64,000 nt of DNA from Ancylonema sp. (taxonomy: Eukaryota): the NCBI GenBank assembly GCA_050230475.1, contig JBFLGF010000063.1, positions 1-64,000 of the forward strand. Direction: 5' to 3'. Under the pieces are notes generated by a model, which was given only the letters and a program-made list of their open reading frames with translations, ran no database searches and was not told the DNA's origin. The position numbers and the translations under genes are program-made. How positions within the stretch are numbered: position 1 is the first letter of the stretch; the number at the start of each line of letters is the position of its first letter. Below are positions 1-12,536 of this stretch, piece by piece.

Positions 1-234
1 TTGCCGGCGTGGGTGAGCCGGCAATGGATGCACAAGGTCGCGGTGGAGGCCATCGACCCTCGACTTCGGTTGCGAGAGGGGGAGGTGGAGCAAGTGCTTG
101 CGGCGCTCAAGAGTGGGCTCATGTGCACCGCGAGAAGGAGGGGGGAGCGGCCAACCATGGCGCAAGTGGTGCACTTGCTAGAAAACTTGGAGTGCTTTCA
201 AATGATTAGGGAGAAGGGGGACATGAGCCCGTAG
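1..234 (+). CDS. Receptor-like kinase, C-terminal fragment (5' partial)
   Basis: Translation AWV..EAIDPRL..EQVLAALKSGLMCTARRRGERPTMAQVVHLLE matches kinase subdomains X-XI of plant RLKs (GLLC...RPTM.QVV..LE). Confidence 0.8.
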   Translation: MPAWVSRQWMHKVAVEAIDPRLRLREGEVEQVLAALKSGLMCTARRRGERPTMAQVVHLLENLECFQMIREKGDMSP

Positions 235-423
235 TGTACAACGCTTAGGAGCGAAAAGTGGGAAAAAATGTTAGATAGTTGCCATATTATTCGTTGGCAT
301 TAGGATGTAGGTAGCATTTTACCTCAACGCTACATCCCGTAATTATGTAAATCTAAATCTAAATCCTTGGGAACTTGGGAAGGGCGTCAGTGTCGCATTT
401 GTCCGCCTCGGCCCATAAACCAC

Positions 424-1662
424 TTATAACTCTAGATCTCTCGCCACGGCAAGCAGGGCCGACAATGTATCTTTCGGGACCTTCCTAGCAAACAAGTAGC
501 ACGGCACAACTTGCAAACCATTCATCCTACACTCACTTCCTTGCTCCTTTCGTAACACAAAAGGAATGTTCCATGTCTGATTCCGTATCCGCTCCAACAC
601 ATCGACAGTGATCTCCTTCACCATAAAGGTGTGTGGGTGCGCCCAGTTGTCGTGTTGCACCCAATCGGAGTATGTGAGCGTGCGATTGGCCAGCACTGAC
701 GGATCCTTTATGTACAAAAGGGAGGGGATGACGCGCTCGTCCATGTAGCCGTAGACAAAGGGGTCGCACGCGGGAGGACCACAATGAGCCGCAAACTTGT
801 CATAGTACTTTGTGTCCCCAATGACTTGCATCGCGGTGCGACGCTGGAGCACTTTCCACTCGTCGCCCTTCTTCCACTCCTCCCGCTTCACCTCAGGCAT
901 CAGGGTGGGTTTATACGTGATCTCCTCCCGCTCGTCCACGGAAATCGTCACGAAACTGGTGTCGGAAGCGGTCATGTACCAGTGGGCGTAGGTGAGGTTG
1001 TAGAGCGGCACGCAGGACTCGGACAGCAACACAAAGTGGTGGTTCTTTGCGTCTAGCAACGCGTTGGCCAGAAGACGGCGCTCGGCGTTGACCATGGAGG
1101 CATCCCCCCACTGCACCGCCTGGCTGGGGATCACCCGCTGCTGGAACATGGGGGGAAGGTCATGGGGGCCGTACGAGGTCGCCCCACTGGCGTGGATGTA
1201 GACCGAGTACAGCCATTGGTGGCCGTGGAAGTAGCGCGCCCAGAGGGGAGCAAGGGGCAGAGGGCCCCGGGTGAGAAACATGAACGCGATCTTCTCCTGC
1301 CCCCGCTTCTGGGGACGCTCCACCACGGGCAGCTGCAGCACGTGTGAAAATAGGTCGGCGTCCGACATGGTGTGGGGCTCGAGGGGATCCACCGACCACG
1401 GGCGGATGTCAGGGGAGGTGTCCGCAGCAGAAGGGAGGGGCGGTTGTGTGAAATGGGCGGAGAGTTCACTCGGATGGTAGAGGAAGAACGTGACCCCTAC
1501 AAAAATAGAGGACACTAACAGGCCGAAGAGGAGAATCCAGGAGAAGTTGGTTAACCTGCGTTTGAACGGAGGTAAACGGGTCTTGCTATTCTCTCTGTCC
1601 AGCGGGGAAGAAGTAATGGACGGCCAGCATGAAGGGCACCGACGGTGGGATGGTCCAGACAT
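424..1662 (-). CDS. Core-2/I-branching beta-1,6-GlcNAc transferase-like (GT14-like/DUF266, BC10 family) type II membrane glycosyltransferase, intronless
   Basis: 412-aa ORF with an N-terminal TM helix (FSWILLFGLLVSSIFVGVTFFLY), KIAFMFLTRGPLPLAPLW, VQWG..SMV.AERRLLANALLD, HFVLLSESCVPLYN, NRTLTYSDW and CYLFARK. Confidence 0.9.
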   Translation of the reverse strand: MSGPSHRRCPSCWPSITSSPLDRENSKTRLPPFKRRLTNFSWILLFGLLVSSIFVGVTFFLYHPSELSAHFTQPPLPSAADTSPDIRPWSVDPLEPHTMSDADLFSHVLQLPVVERPQKRGQEKIAFMFLTRGPLPLAPLWARYFHGHQWLYSVYIHASGATSYGPHDLPPMFQQRVIPSQAVQWGDASMVNAERRLLANALLDAKNHHFVLLSESCVPLYNLTYAHWYMTASDTSFVTISVDEREEITYKPTLMPEVKREEWKKGDEWKVLQRRTAMQVIGDTKYYDKFAAHCGPPACDPFVYGYMDERVIPSLLYIKDPSVLANRTLTYSDWVQHDNWAHPHTFMVKEITVDVLERIRNQTWNIPFVLRKEQGSECRMNGLQVVPCYLFARKVPKDTLSALLAVARDLEL

Positions 1663-2326
1663 AACCGCGCGGCAGGACGCTGCACAGAACCTTGTCTCGA
1701 ACGCCTCGATCAGTACCGCGGCCGGCTACGCACGCTCCAGATCGCAACTAGTCTAAGTATCTACCACACATCCCACGTTTGCACCCCGGCTCTTGTGGCT
1801 CTCGCTGATAGCTGATTTGCACAATATATCATTTGCAATGCAAACTGATGGGGAAGACGCAAAACAAAGCTCCCGATGATCTCCCCCTCGAAAATGTTGG
1901 ATCGTTCGCTTCCGTAAACCGATCGTTGTCCCGATCCCTTCACAATCTGCCGGGCTTCGCGCACAGGGACGGCCTGCTGCGAATCTAGTCAGCGGCGGCA
2001 ACAGATCGACAGAGCTGACGTACAGACATTCAGAGCTATAACAGTCAGGGCTTCAAGAACCGCAATGGGTACATGATACGACTGCGCATCTGGGGCGTCA
2101 ACGGCCCTTTCGCATCCCTGCCAAGGGTACCTGCTGAAGTTCAGGAGTTCAAACAGGGGTGCCAACTGATTCGGGGGTGGCCGGCGATAATGGCGAAAAT
2201 GAAATATTCTGCCGGAATCGGCGTTTTCATTACTAGCGCCATCGACCGGCACAATGCGCTCCCCTGTCAGACTTGAAAAGTCAGGGCTTCCTGGTCGACC
2301 TAGGTGATGGAGAACCTGGCGGGGAA

Positions 2327-4727
2327 ATGCACGTGGGGGCGGTAGAGAGGCGGTCGGGGGCCCTGCGACCCGCCTTGAATGAAATGTTCGTGTCGATATA
2401 TGAAGATATTTTTTCCGGCAATAGTCCTATTCAGACCGCAAGGGAGGAGGGATTTGCGGGGCGTCAGACACTGAATAGATTCTGGGATGAGCTTCTCCTG
2501 CTCAAGGTGCGCCTTTGCGGACAGTCATGGGTTATCGTGAGCTGGGACTAATGTATCCTTCTGCTTCCGCTCAGGTGAATGAGGCTTACTTGGCGCAGCG
2601 CATTGCTCGTTTGTCGGAAACGGAGCTAGTAGGGAGCTTGAAGAGTACCATTAACCACTTGTTCGCCTCCTGCGCACGGTATCGCCGCTGAACCGCTGCA
2701 TTTCCAGCTGCTGTACGCACATTCTGAGACAATGTGGGATGTGGATCGCAGATACATCAATGACGTCAATTTCATCCGTGTGGCTCACGCCCTGGAAACT
2801 CTGGCGATCCTCTTCCGTCAGATATTCAAGAAACGATTCAGTGAGCAGGTACGTTTCGGGAATAGCTGATGGCTCGACCTGTAGGTTCACTCGCCCCCCC
2901 TCCCCGCCTTGGGCTCAGGGGTCCACCATCTTGGCCTTGGTCGCCGGGTCAGTCGAGCAGGCCGACCCCTTGTTCAAGACACTCATCGGCGACTCCGGCG
3001 GCCTCTTGCTTCGCGACGATGTACCGATTCTCATCAAATCCCTCGCCCTCCGCCTCTTCCTCTCCATCCTCACCGCCACCGACAATGTGAACACCAACTC
3101 GGTTGCCGCCTACCTCTTCCTCTTCCCCATCGCCGACCCCCTCCTCGCCGTCCTTACCCTCCCCCTCCCCGCCGACCGCGAGCGCGTCGCCCTCGACGCC
3201 GCCCTCCTCCTCCTCCTCCTCCTTCTCTGGCGCCACTCCACCAACACATACGCCGCTCTCATCGCTTCCCCCGCAGCTCCCCTGGGACCCATCCTGCAGA
3301 CCGCAAAAATCCTCCTCACCCCCCCCCCGCCACAATCCCCCCTGCCTCCGCACCCCCAACAGCAGCTGCACCCCAGCATTCCCACTTCAGGGCGCGACCA
3401 GCTGCTGGCCTACGCGTCCACCCTCCTCGGCTGGGGCCAGCCCCAAGAGAGCGGTGGGGTGGGGGAGGTGGAGGGTGGGGACCCCAACCTCATCTTCTCC
3501 TCTGTGACAGCCGGTGTCCTTCTCCTCTACTTTGTGCTCTACCTCAACCCAACCGCCAAGTCCTTTGCAGCATGGCCTCCCCAGCCCACCTCCTCCCCCC
3601 TTCCTCTCCTCTTTGCTTCCGTATTCCGCTCCTTTGTGTCCGCCTGTGCCCCCGTTTTCCTCCCCCCCTCCCTCTCCAATGCCAGCGGGTGCCTCCAGGC
3701 ACGACTCTGCCTCACACTCATGCGGTTGGTCACAGAAGAGCCCGCACCCAGCGACTTCCTGGCAGCCTGCCACCCTGTCACCATGGACCCCATGCCACCT
3801 GGCACGGACGGTACATTACTGCCACCTGGCACATCAGATCCCCCCCTCCCTGTGGCAGACTGTGACCCTGTGGGCTAGTGGAGGGGGTGGGGTGCAGAGG
3901 GCCGCCGGATGTCCACTGTGATTTTGGAGCAGGCCATCGGGCTGGTGGGGGTGGAGGGTTGGGGGGTGAACCTGGGGGTGGCCTCCTCCGCCCTCACCGT
4001 CATCGCCTGCAGCCTGAATCGGGCAAAGAAGGTGGGGAGAGTCGTGGGAGGACCCTCGGTAGACCTTCACAAGCTGTGGGAGGGTCTGGTGGCCGTGTGC
4101 CGATGGTGCAGCGTAGAAGCACACTTTGAGGTGAACACCCATCCTACAACCATATACCATGCTTGGACCCTTCTCTACCCCTCCTTCCATCTGACCTGTT
4201 TACCTGTTGACCTGTTGACCTGTCGACCTGTTGACCTGTTGCAGAAACCAGGGGCGCCGGAAGCCGCAGAGGGTGCGGTTGGTCTCCTGGAGTTCTGTCT
4301 GGGGGCCGGCCCCGACCTGCTGGCCAGCGGGGAGGAGGTGGAGGCCCTCCACGCGGTCGTATTCGCCGCCCTACCGCTCCTAGAAGCCCTGGAGAGGACA
4401 GCGGAGCGGGTCCCGCACAGGGGCGCCCAGCCGGTGGCGGGTGGCATCCGGTTGGTGAACTGCGCGGAGGTGCGGCGCCACTACGAGGTCACGCTGGCGG
4501 CCATGGGCGTGCGCGGACACGCGTCCGAGGCGCAGGCGCGCGCGGCCGTGAAGAAGAAGGGGACAGCGTCGTTCAAGTTGAGGGGACGCCACACGGGACC
4601 GGCGCACAGTTATAGCGAGGGGACGGCGGAACACCGGGTGCTGATGGGGCTGGCGAAGGTGATGGCGGCGGAGCACAGGCGTACCTTTTTGGGGAGCATG
4701 CCCAAGTTTGAGGCGGAGGCAATGTGA
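2327..4727 (+). CDS. ARMH3/C10orf76 (UPF0668, DUF1741)-like armadillo-type protein, spliced
   Basis: Manual splicing of GT-AG introns (exon 1 2327-2506, exon 2 from 2575, further short introns near 2680-2750, 2850-2918, 3811-3897, 4130-4243) gives VSIYEDIF..RFWDELLLLKVNEAYL..INHLF..C.RYI.D...IRVAHALETL..LFRQIFKKRF and LK.LAL.L.L...TA.DNVN.N, typical of ARMH3. Downstream exon boundaries are approximate. Confidence 0.7.
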
Positions 4728-4908
4728 AGGCGTGCAGGGATTGGTGGTGGGGGCTCAGATTTGGCGGTGTTCTTTATCGTCGGCCTTGTGTTGTACGGAT
4801 GCATGGAGGTAGAACGCCTTCTGTTTGTCGTCTCCGTGATTGGAGGAGTGCAGTTGTGAGCAATGTGCACATGAAAAGATGGATAGTTACTCACAACACA
4901 CTTGAACT

Positions 4909-4978
4909 CCCTCTCTCTCTCACACACACACACACACATACACAAACACACACACAAGATACACAAACACACACACAA
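4909..4978. repeat. (CT)n/(CA)n microsatellite
   Basis: Compound ctctct-cacaca tract seen directly. Confidence 0.9.
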
Positions 4979-5479
4979 TGACAAGGTTTCGTAGTGAGAT
5001 CCGAATAATTCGGGGTTTGTGCGGTGCCTTTGTCGTCCTCGACTTCTCGCCATTGACTTACTTACATGGACGATGAGGACAATACCAAAATAAACAAACC
5101 GTTCCTAATAGGACACATGACTTGCCCATAGAAACAAATGGATCAATAGATGGGCATTAACAACGCCTACACGACTATGTCGCCATGTTCATGGTGCAAA
5201 TCCCTCTTCTCAATGCCCCTCAAGGTCCTAGTAAGCATGGCTACCCTTATCTCATCTAAACGTGATTACGGTTGGCTCAAGGATGCACCCTTTGTGGCAA
5301 GTCCCTCCCTTTAGCTTCCCTATCGCGTGACCGGTTTGCTGCCCATTCGCATGCCAAGCCGAGTTCAGAAGTGGTAGGGCAACATGATTAACTCAAGGCT
5401 CGTGAATCGATATAGAAAATTGTGAAAGATGGAAATCGGTTGTGAATCACCAAACTATACCAACTATCTCACATTCAAC

Positions 5480-5671
5480 GATTTCCCCAAAGAGATCAAG
5501 GACACCACAGTATGGATCAAGTCATTTCTTGGCTACCCAGCGGTAGTCGATGCAACCAGAGTGGATAGTCCAACTCACCGTGTTCGATGCATTTGGACAA
5601 ATTGGATTCCAACCCACATTCTGGAATTGGCCATTTCAGAGACACCCTCATGTGAGAGGGTTGTATGGTAA
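5480..5671 (+). pseudogene. C5 DNA methyltransferase fragment (motif VIII region)
   Basis: IKSFLGYPAVVDATRVDSPTHRVRCIWTNWIP resembles DNMT3 PVMIDA..VS.AHRARYFWGNLP and the IKVFLGEP and DAPQLG..SH...RFWT segments of the other copies in this window. Confidence 0.6.
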
Positions 5672-7140
5672 TCACAATATAACTACATACGCAGTTGTAA
5701 CCATCATTAGACGCACATATACACGTTATACACGATATGTATCTAGATGTACGTCTAGATACACGTTATGACACACCTATGTTCGCAATGAAACTCTACA
5801 CACTAAATAGGTACAGATTATTAACAATATTCGTAAAACGTTGATTCGGATTCGGTCAATAACGAGATTAAGTGCTGAACCTACTAGACTCAAATATATG
5901 ATTCAAGTTGGTTCAACGCTTAATCTCGTTCTTGTCTTAATAAGTAGTTCTTCCCGGAAGGTCTCCACCAAAGCCGCCCGCCTCTTCCCACCCGTCCCAA
6001 TCATATCATCGATATGTATTGACCCCTTCCAATTCCTACCATCCTAAAGAACGAAGTTGTACGAACCGGCTGGACCGGGTTCCAAGGTCCGCATCTCGGT
6101 CCGGGGTCCGTTCTTGGACGCCAAAACATCGGACTGGCGGGGTAGTGGGGTACTTTCTGTTTAACTTGTAGGGTTTCGAAGGTTTTCCGTGGATTAAAGA
6201 AATCGGAAGCAATAACCGTGAATAATGGGGTTATAATAATGAGTCTTGCAGATATTGCATGTATCTTGGCATGTGTCTTGCGCACAATGAGTATTCATTT
6301 CAAAATACTTAAAGAAAACTGGAAAGATATAAATCATGTATATATAAATGGAAAAAGGCCAAAAAAACCGCCACGTCCACTTTTGCACCAAGGAGTGGTC
6401 GGGAAAAAAATTGGGAACTGCGAGGTCCGACCCAGTCCCGACCTCGGACTCAGGTGGACCGCTTCTAGAATCGCTTGGTGCTAGTTCGGGTAAGTATGCC
6501 AAAGGATTCATATCCTTTGGGCAACTAGGTGCAATTAGTGTCAAATTATTTAGTCGGTGGGACTATCGGTCACTTGCAACGGGTTTTGATAGGGCAGTAG
6601 GACGGGAAAATGAATGTTGAGCATGATTTTTGAAAGTGTAATCATTAACATCACACGTCAACAGTACACAATGTCAAGTTGCAAATCAAGAAACGGTGCC
6701 AACATTCGAAATGGTGTCGTCCTACAAAACCAGTGTGACTACACCTACAATATCATACCCAAGAGACAATCTCAAATTGACCTCCCGCATGTTCGCATCT
6801 TCACAATCTCGAAAGGCCGTTCATACCTGAGGTAACGTGTAGTTAGAACCTATTATTGCGCTCTCGACTCCGCAAGTGGAAAATCAACATCTAACTCCAG
6901 CCAACACAACACTTCGCATTCTCAGGCACATAGTGTCACCGAAGTGACGCTCGTTGTGCGATGCGAACGATCCCCTTCCATGACACATGGACTCAGGACC
7001 ACGCACAAAGCGCATCTCTCGTATGAAAGAGGCACACTACAACTTACTGCAACATTGGTAATCACAAATACCGTTTAATTTCACGTTTGCCTTGCATGTT
7101 ATCCATTTTGTTCGTGATTACAAATTCTGGGTTATGACTA

Positions 7141-7670
7141 GCATCACCACCGTGCTGGAGGAGTTCCACACCACAGCCTCTCTGCAGTTTACCGACAGTC
7201 CGCCCCGCAGGATCGTCAACGTGCTGGGGCAAGAGCGCCGCGCTTTGCCCACCTTTGTCTCGTTCCCTAACAGCCATGCGCTTCGACCTTCTTGCAACCG
7301 CCCGGGATCTAGCCAGCTCTACAACCACGAGACTCACGCACGTCTTCCACAGGATGTGCGTCTCATTTCTAACACCCAATTGGCCAACTGTGTGGCATGT
7401 CACGGCCCCGTTGACATGTTCGGGGCCGGCTTCCCATGCTAGCCGTTTAGTGTTGCTGGACCCAACCGTGACATTCAGGATGCTAGGTTCCAGGTCTTTC
7501 TTGAAGTCGTGCGTGTGCTAAAGTGGTTACAAGACTGTCAAGGTGGCAGACCCGTGTTGTATTTGCTTGAGAATGTATGCATTCGTGATGATGCCCCAAG
7601 GGCTGTGCGTGATGCTGATGCATTGATCAAAGTGTTTTTGGGTGAGCCCAGTATTGCTTTTGACATACGT
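7141..7670 (+). pseudogene. Degenerate C5-cytosine DNA methyltransferase (transposon-derived)
   Basis: One frame reads RLPQDV...GPVDMFGAGFPC*PFSVAGPNRDIQDARFQVFLEVVRVLKWLQ...LYLLENV, giving motifs III, IV and VI. The Gln of PCQ is TAG at 7440-7442. Confidence 0.8.
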
Positions 7671-7902
7671 AATCACGGGATGCGAAGAATGGGGCGCCAT
7701 TGCCTACCCGCTACCACCCCCCGCCTATAGGATGCCATAGTTCGACTCTTCTTGAGACGAATGCCAGTATGGTCGTCCTCGCACCAAATAACACACAAAA
7801 ACAAGAACATTCCTTTTGAGGTATATTTTTGTTAAATGTATATTTCTATCCTTTTTTTTTTTCATCATTTTTTTGTCCGATATGAATGATAATAAACAGT
7901 AT

Positions 7903-7946
<44 letters not shown>

Positions 7947-10198
7947 TATTTCCATTAGTATATGTCAATGAGCTTGTGGGTGGAAAGAAATTGTGACGAT
8001 ATCTCGGAGAAACAAACAACTCATTGATGAAACATGTGCACTTCTTCATCACAGAGTGGCATGATTCAAATGGATATAACAAGTATAATGGAGATAATTG
8101 GCAAACAATGAAATAAAGGAAAGATAATGTCAAACAAATTGTAGACGGACCATCTGCAATATATTCGTATTTTGAATGAATTATTTGTATATTGACAAAT
8201 CAAAGAAAACATATATTTATAAAACCTAGAACGACCGGGAATAAAAAGCTAAGATCATCAATCATATGAACGTAGTATTTTATTTTCAATAAAATACTAC
8301 GGAAATGATAAGGTAAGGTAATGTAAGGTTAAGGTAAGGTGATAAGGTGATAAGGTTTATCCTCGTTCTGGAATCGAATGTTTTTTTTGTTTTATTTCTT
8401 TTTTATACTATCAATAATGCTCCCCCTAATAAAAATATAACGATGACGTGTAATGACCATTTTGACCATGCATTGCGTATAGAGAAGTTGCGTTACGTTG
8501 TAAGATTTAGATAGAGATTTTTTTTAAAAAAAAATTAAAAAAAAATTAAGCCGTCACCCAAGAAATACCGAATGTAGTTCCAAACGTCAATATTAAATCC
8601 ACAATTATAAAATTCCTCCAAAAACGAAAAGTCGATATGTGTGTATCGTTATGGATTTTTGGTTACATTCAGAAACTAGTTAGATCATCGACGGGTCTCT
8701 CTTGGATCGGTACCGTACTCTTGGATCGGTACCGTATCTTTTACTTTAGCACGTACACAAATATCCGGACTTATGATTGGCGAGCGAAGATTTGCGTGAG
8801 CGTGGGATCGCACGATCGCAGTACCGCGACATAGTCCATGACCCCTGATACGCTCATTGTTACACTTCTCTAGAAGGTGCGACATTCGTAACAATATGTC
8901 TACATTACTCATGTGTAGATCAATATCATGTCTAGTTTTATGGTTTTTAAAACGCTCGACTTCGGAGTTTTCAGCTGAATTTGACGTTGAAAAAGGTGGA
9001 GTAGGTAACGTTTACCTACGGTGCCCTTCAACTTGGATTTCCCCCGTCTTCGACGACATTACCGTACCCGCCATATTTCATGTCCGGGCAAAACCCAACT
9101 GGAACTAATACATCGATGCCCAAGCAATCCGCCCACCCCCCTCGGAATTAATTTTCGCGCCCCAGCATTCCGCCCACCCCTTTCCCGTCAATTGATTATC
9201 TCCAGTTGCCCCACCCTACAGAGTGAAATTTATCCTTAATAATACTCTTCTAATCAATACCCTTCCTAAATCTGACGTGTTAATTGTTTTTTTTATATTT
9301 TTATTTTTTTGGTTTTTTTCTCCCGGGCCTAGTATCAATTTAGACACTTTCTGTGTAAAATGTGTGTTGCAATCAAACTAGCCCCTGAATTCCTTCACAC
9401 TCAATTTTTTTTCGTGTTTAGGCCTCGTATAACATTCATCTGCCTATCCACATCCTTAGTATCCCCCAACCTAATTCCCCGTGCGTAATTTTCGGATTTC
9501 CGGGCTCCCACCAGTAGGGTACTAGATTCGTTTTATCGCCCGTGACCCGGCTCAAAACAGCGAGCCCTCCTTGGGTTTGGGGATGTTGTGCATGCGCTGA
9601 ACCACGTTCGTTTATTGTCGTGAAGTTTCTTACTAAAACACCGGAACTTGAACTTTTGTTCCATTTCACATATATCACTACATGTAGACGCTCTTTGGTT
9701 ACCTTCATTTTAATCATGATAAAAAAATTCGCTCCAATGACTAGGAGAAATCATCGTTACTATCAACCTACCACCTTACCCACAAACTTACCCACAAACC
9801 CTTGACAAAGACCCAAAACCCTTCGTATTGGATAAAGCCCCAGGTATTAAAAAAACTCACTGAACCCTTAGAAAAAGATCACGCCCAAGGCAAAATAAAA
9901 AACAGGCCTTACAAGTGACTTAAGGCCCCCTAAAGCCGACCCGGATTTTTGCCCCACTTGAAACTAAATAATTAAGGGAAAACTCAATAGCATGCAGTTT
10001 TCCTTAACAACACGCAGACGTCAAATCGGGTACCGGCTGGCGGTCTGGCCGTTCGAAACTTGCCCAGGGGGGAACCTTCACAGCATGCAGTTTTCCTCTT
10101 TGGCATGCAGTCGTAAAATGAACCGGGATCCCGATCCCGTTCGTATTATCGCGTTTATTTTAACCCCACTGCCTGCGCTTACGCATGCCCTCTCTGTA

Positions 10199-10791
10199 CA
10201 GTGCTCCCTCGATATAACGACCCTCGATATAACGACAACCTCGATATAACGATAGTTTTTTGGAACTTTTTTAAAATCAATATGAAATCGCCCTCGATAT
10301 AAGCATAGCGACACTCTATATAATGACAAATTATTTCAGAAATTTGTTACCGAATGTCGTTATACTGTGTATATAACGCTATAGCTCGCAGATAACGATG
10401 TATGGAAATCGAGAAAAATATAGAACGGCACCTCCAAACTATATACAAAATTCTATATAGGTCAAATATAATGCGCGTGTCCGGTGTTGCTTTGTAACGA
10501 CCTTAATACCTTCCCAACTCTCCTAGTAAAATTTTGTGGTATATTTTGTCCATCCGCATGTATTGGTATCATGACGCACTGATTTTAATAATCATGCCAA
10601 GGCAACTTACTCTAGGAAACACATAATAAACACATTTGCTTATTCACTATGCTTCATTCGCACAGTCCCTCGATACAACGACATAGATTTGAGATTCTAG
10701 TAGTAAATGTCGTTGTACAGTGTATAACGACACCTCGATATAACGACACTTTTATGGGTTTTTTTTTTGTTGTTATATCGAGGGAGCACTG
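10199..10791. mobile_element. MITE, pogo/Tigger-like (CAGT termini, TA target site)
   Basis: TA|CAGTGCTCCCTCGATATAAC ... GTTATATCGAGGGAGCACTG|TA is a perfect 20-bp TIR, with repeated CTCGATATAAC subterminal motifs. Confidence 0.85.
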
Positions 10792-12290
10792 TATCTGTCT
10801 GCTGCTGCTGCTGCTGCACAGAGCTGCTTTGACGACGAGCAATGTCTCGCAACCTTTTGGGCTTCCACTTGCAATTTCTGTCGTAACAACAGCAAGATTT
10901 CAGCTTGTGAGTTTGTGACACGGGTCAGCGTCGTCGGAGGACATGTTCGAAGATCGTTCTCCCGGAGTGAGCGTCACTTGGGTACGCTCAATTCCATTCG
11001 CTCTATTCCATTCCCTGAACAACAGTTGTATTTATTTCAATCTTTCATGTTCCCTGATTCTAGACACCTGGAACTAATGTTTGTATCATGATGTGTAATC
11101 CGAAAAAGGTTGTTGTTTCAGCGTTTTACCTCCTTGTCTTCTCATTGGCCATACAATGCTTGGTACAAATGCAGGCAGCATCTTCGCGCAATTGCGAGTG
11201 ATCGCTTGCTGATTGTGCGTCGTGCCATACGGAGTTTCTCACCGCGAGAAAAACTCGTTATCATGGTGCGCCCCTTGTCTCCCTTTTTTTTTTGGGTCCT
11301 GTATTGAACAATATGATGAATGCAAAAATGCCGGTCCAAAACATTCGAAAGCAGTATCTTATCCTTCTTTACTCATGAATGCCAATGTGTTGTTTTTTAT
11401 TTTTTCCCCCGCCCTCGTGGAACACGTCCAATCATATTTTCACATTATTTTTTTCACATTATTTCCGCTATTATTACTGGCATCCACGACGTCAAATTAA
11501 GTATACACGACGTCACATTTATATTATTTCTTACGTGTTTAGGATTCGTTTGTAGATAGGGGGAAATTAAAGCATATACGTTTATTATGTATGTTTTTTT
11601 TTTTTTTTTTTTTTTTTTTGGAAGGAGGCAACATCCTCTTGTTTGCAAAAAGTAATGTGATGCCGATTATCCCCTCGTACAAATTTTGCATACGTTCAAG
11701 CATGTTAATGAAATACCGTATGGAGCAGATTCTGGGATATCATGGAGACGCTCTACCATTGGGTACACTTGTTAATGCAACTAGGGATGTCAATCCTGAG
11801 TTAGCCGATTGCAGTTTTGTGTCTTCATGATGTGATATGTACCGCAATCCCAGTTGTCTTGTACTGTCGACACTTTATTTCCAAGTCCTTTAATGAATCA
11901 CATTTTAACGTCGATGGGTTGCGAAAAACCTCGTTTCTGATTGGTATTATGCCATGGAACTCAATGCTTGAATGTTTACCAAATACCAATTCATTCATGT
12001 GCTGAGCAATCTACAACAAGTATCGAGATGTATTAATGAGTTATTGTATCAATTGAAAATGTAGTCATAATTGAAATCGCATTCAATGACCCCAAATTTC
12101 ATTTCGATTGAACAAAATAAGGGTGTGTTTCACTATCATATACGTACAATTTGAACTCTTGCTTTCAACATCGACGCTTGCTCCTATTCAATCATGTCAA
12201 ACATATCGTTCCAAGCCATCAAAGCGTCTTTGATGAGGTCATGTATGTGTTCTAGGTCGGGTCGGCTACTCCACCGACCACACATCACAC

Positions 12291-12536
12291 CTAGCCATTG
12301 CGAATCCAAGCGGACAAGGGGACCGGGATGCCTATGCACTCCACCGCTTCAAATATCGAGTCAAACTCTATTTGGAAAAATTCCCCGAATAAATAAGCGT
12401 TCTCACTCAAATGAAGTGTCATGCTTTGCCGAACATGGACCCACTCGTCTTCGTTTCCCCTAACTGCCAACGCGAGAGCCCTAAATCCACAATTTCCATC
12501 CTCCGGGTGTACATTCCTTGTACTCCTCAGCAACAC
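12291..12536 (-). pseudogene. OTU-family cysteine protease remnant (transposon-associated)
   Basis: NVHPEDGNCGFRALALAVRGNEDEWVHVRQSM contains the OTU catalytic DGNCxFRA motif. The flanking frames are interrupted. Confidence 0.7.

Noticed and set aside
2869..4190. Many overlapping Pro/Arg/Ser-rich ORFs
   Set aside because: Alternative frames of the GC-rich ARMH3-like exons.
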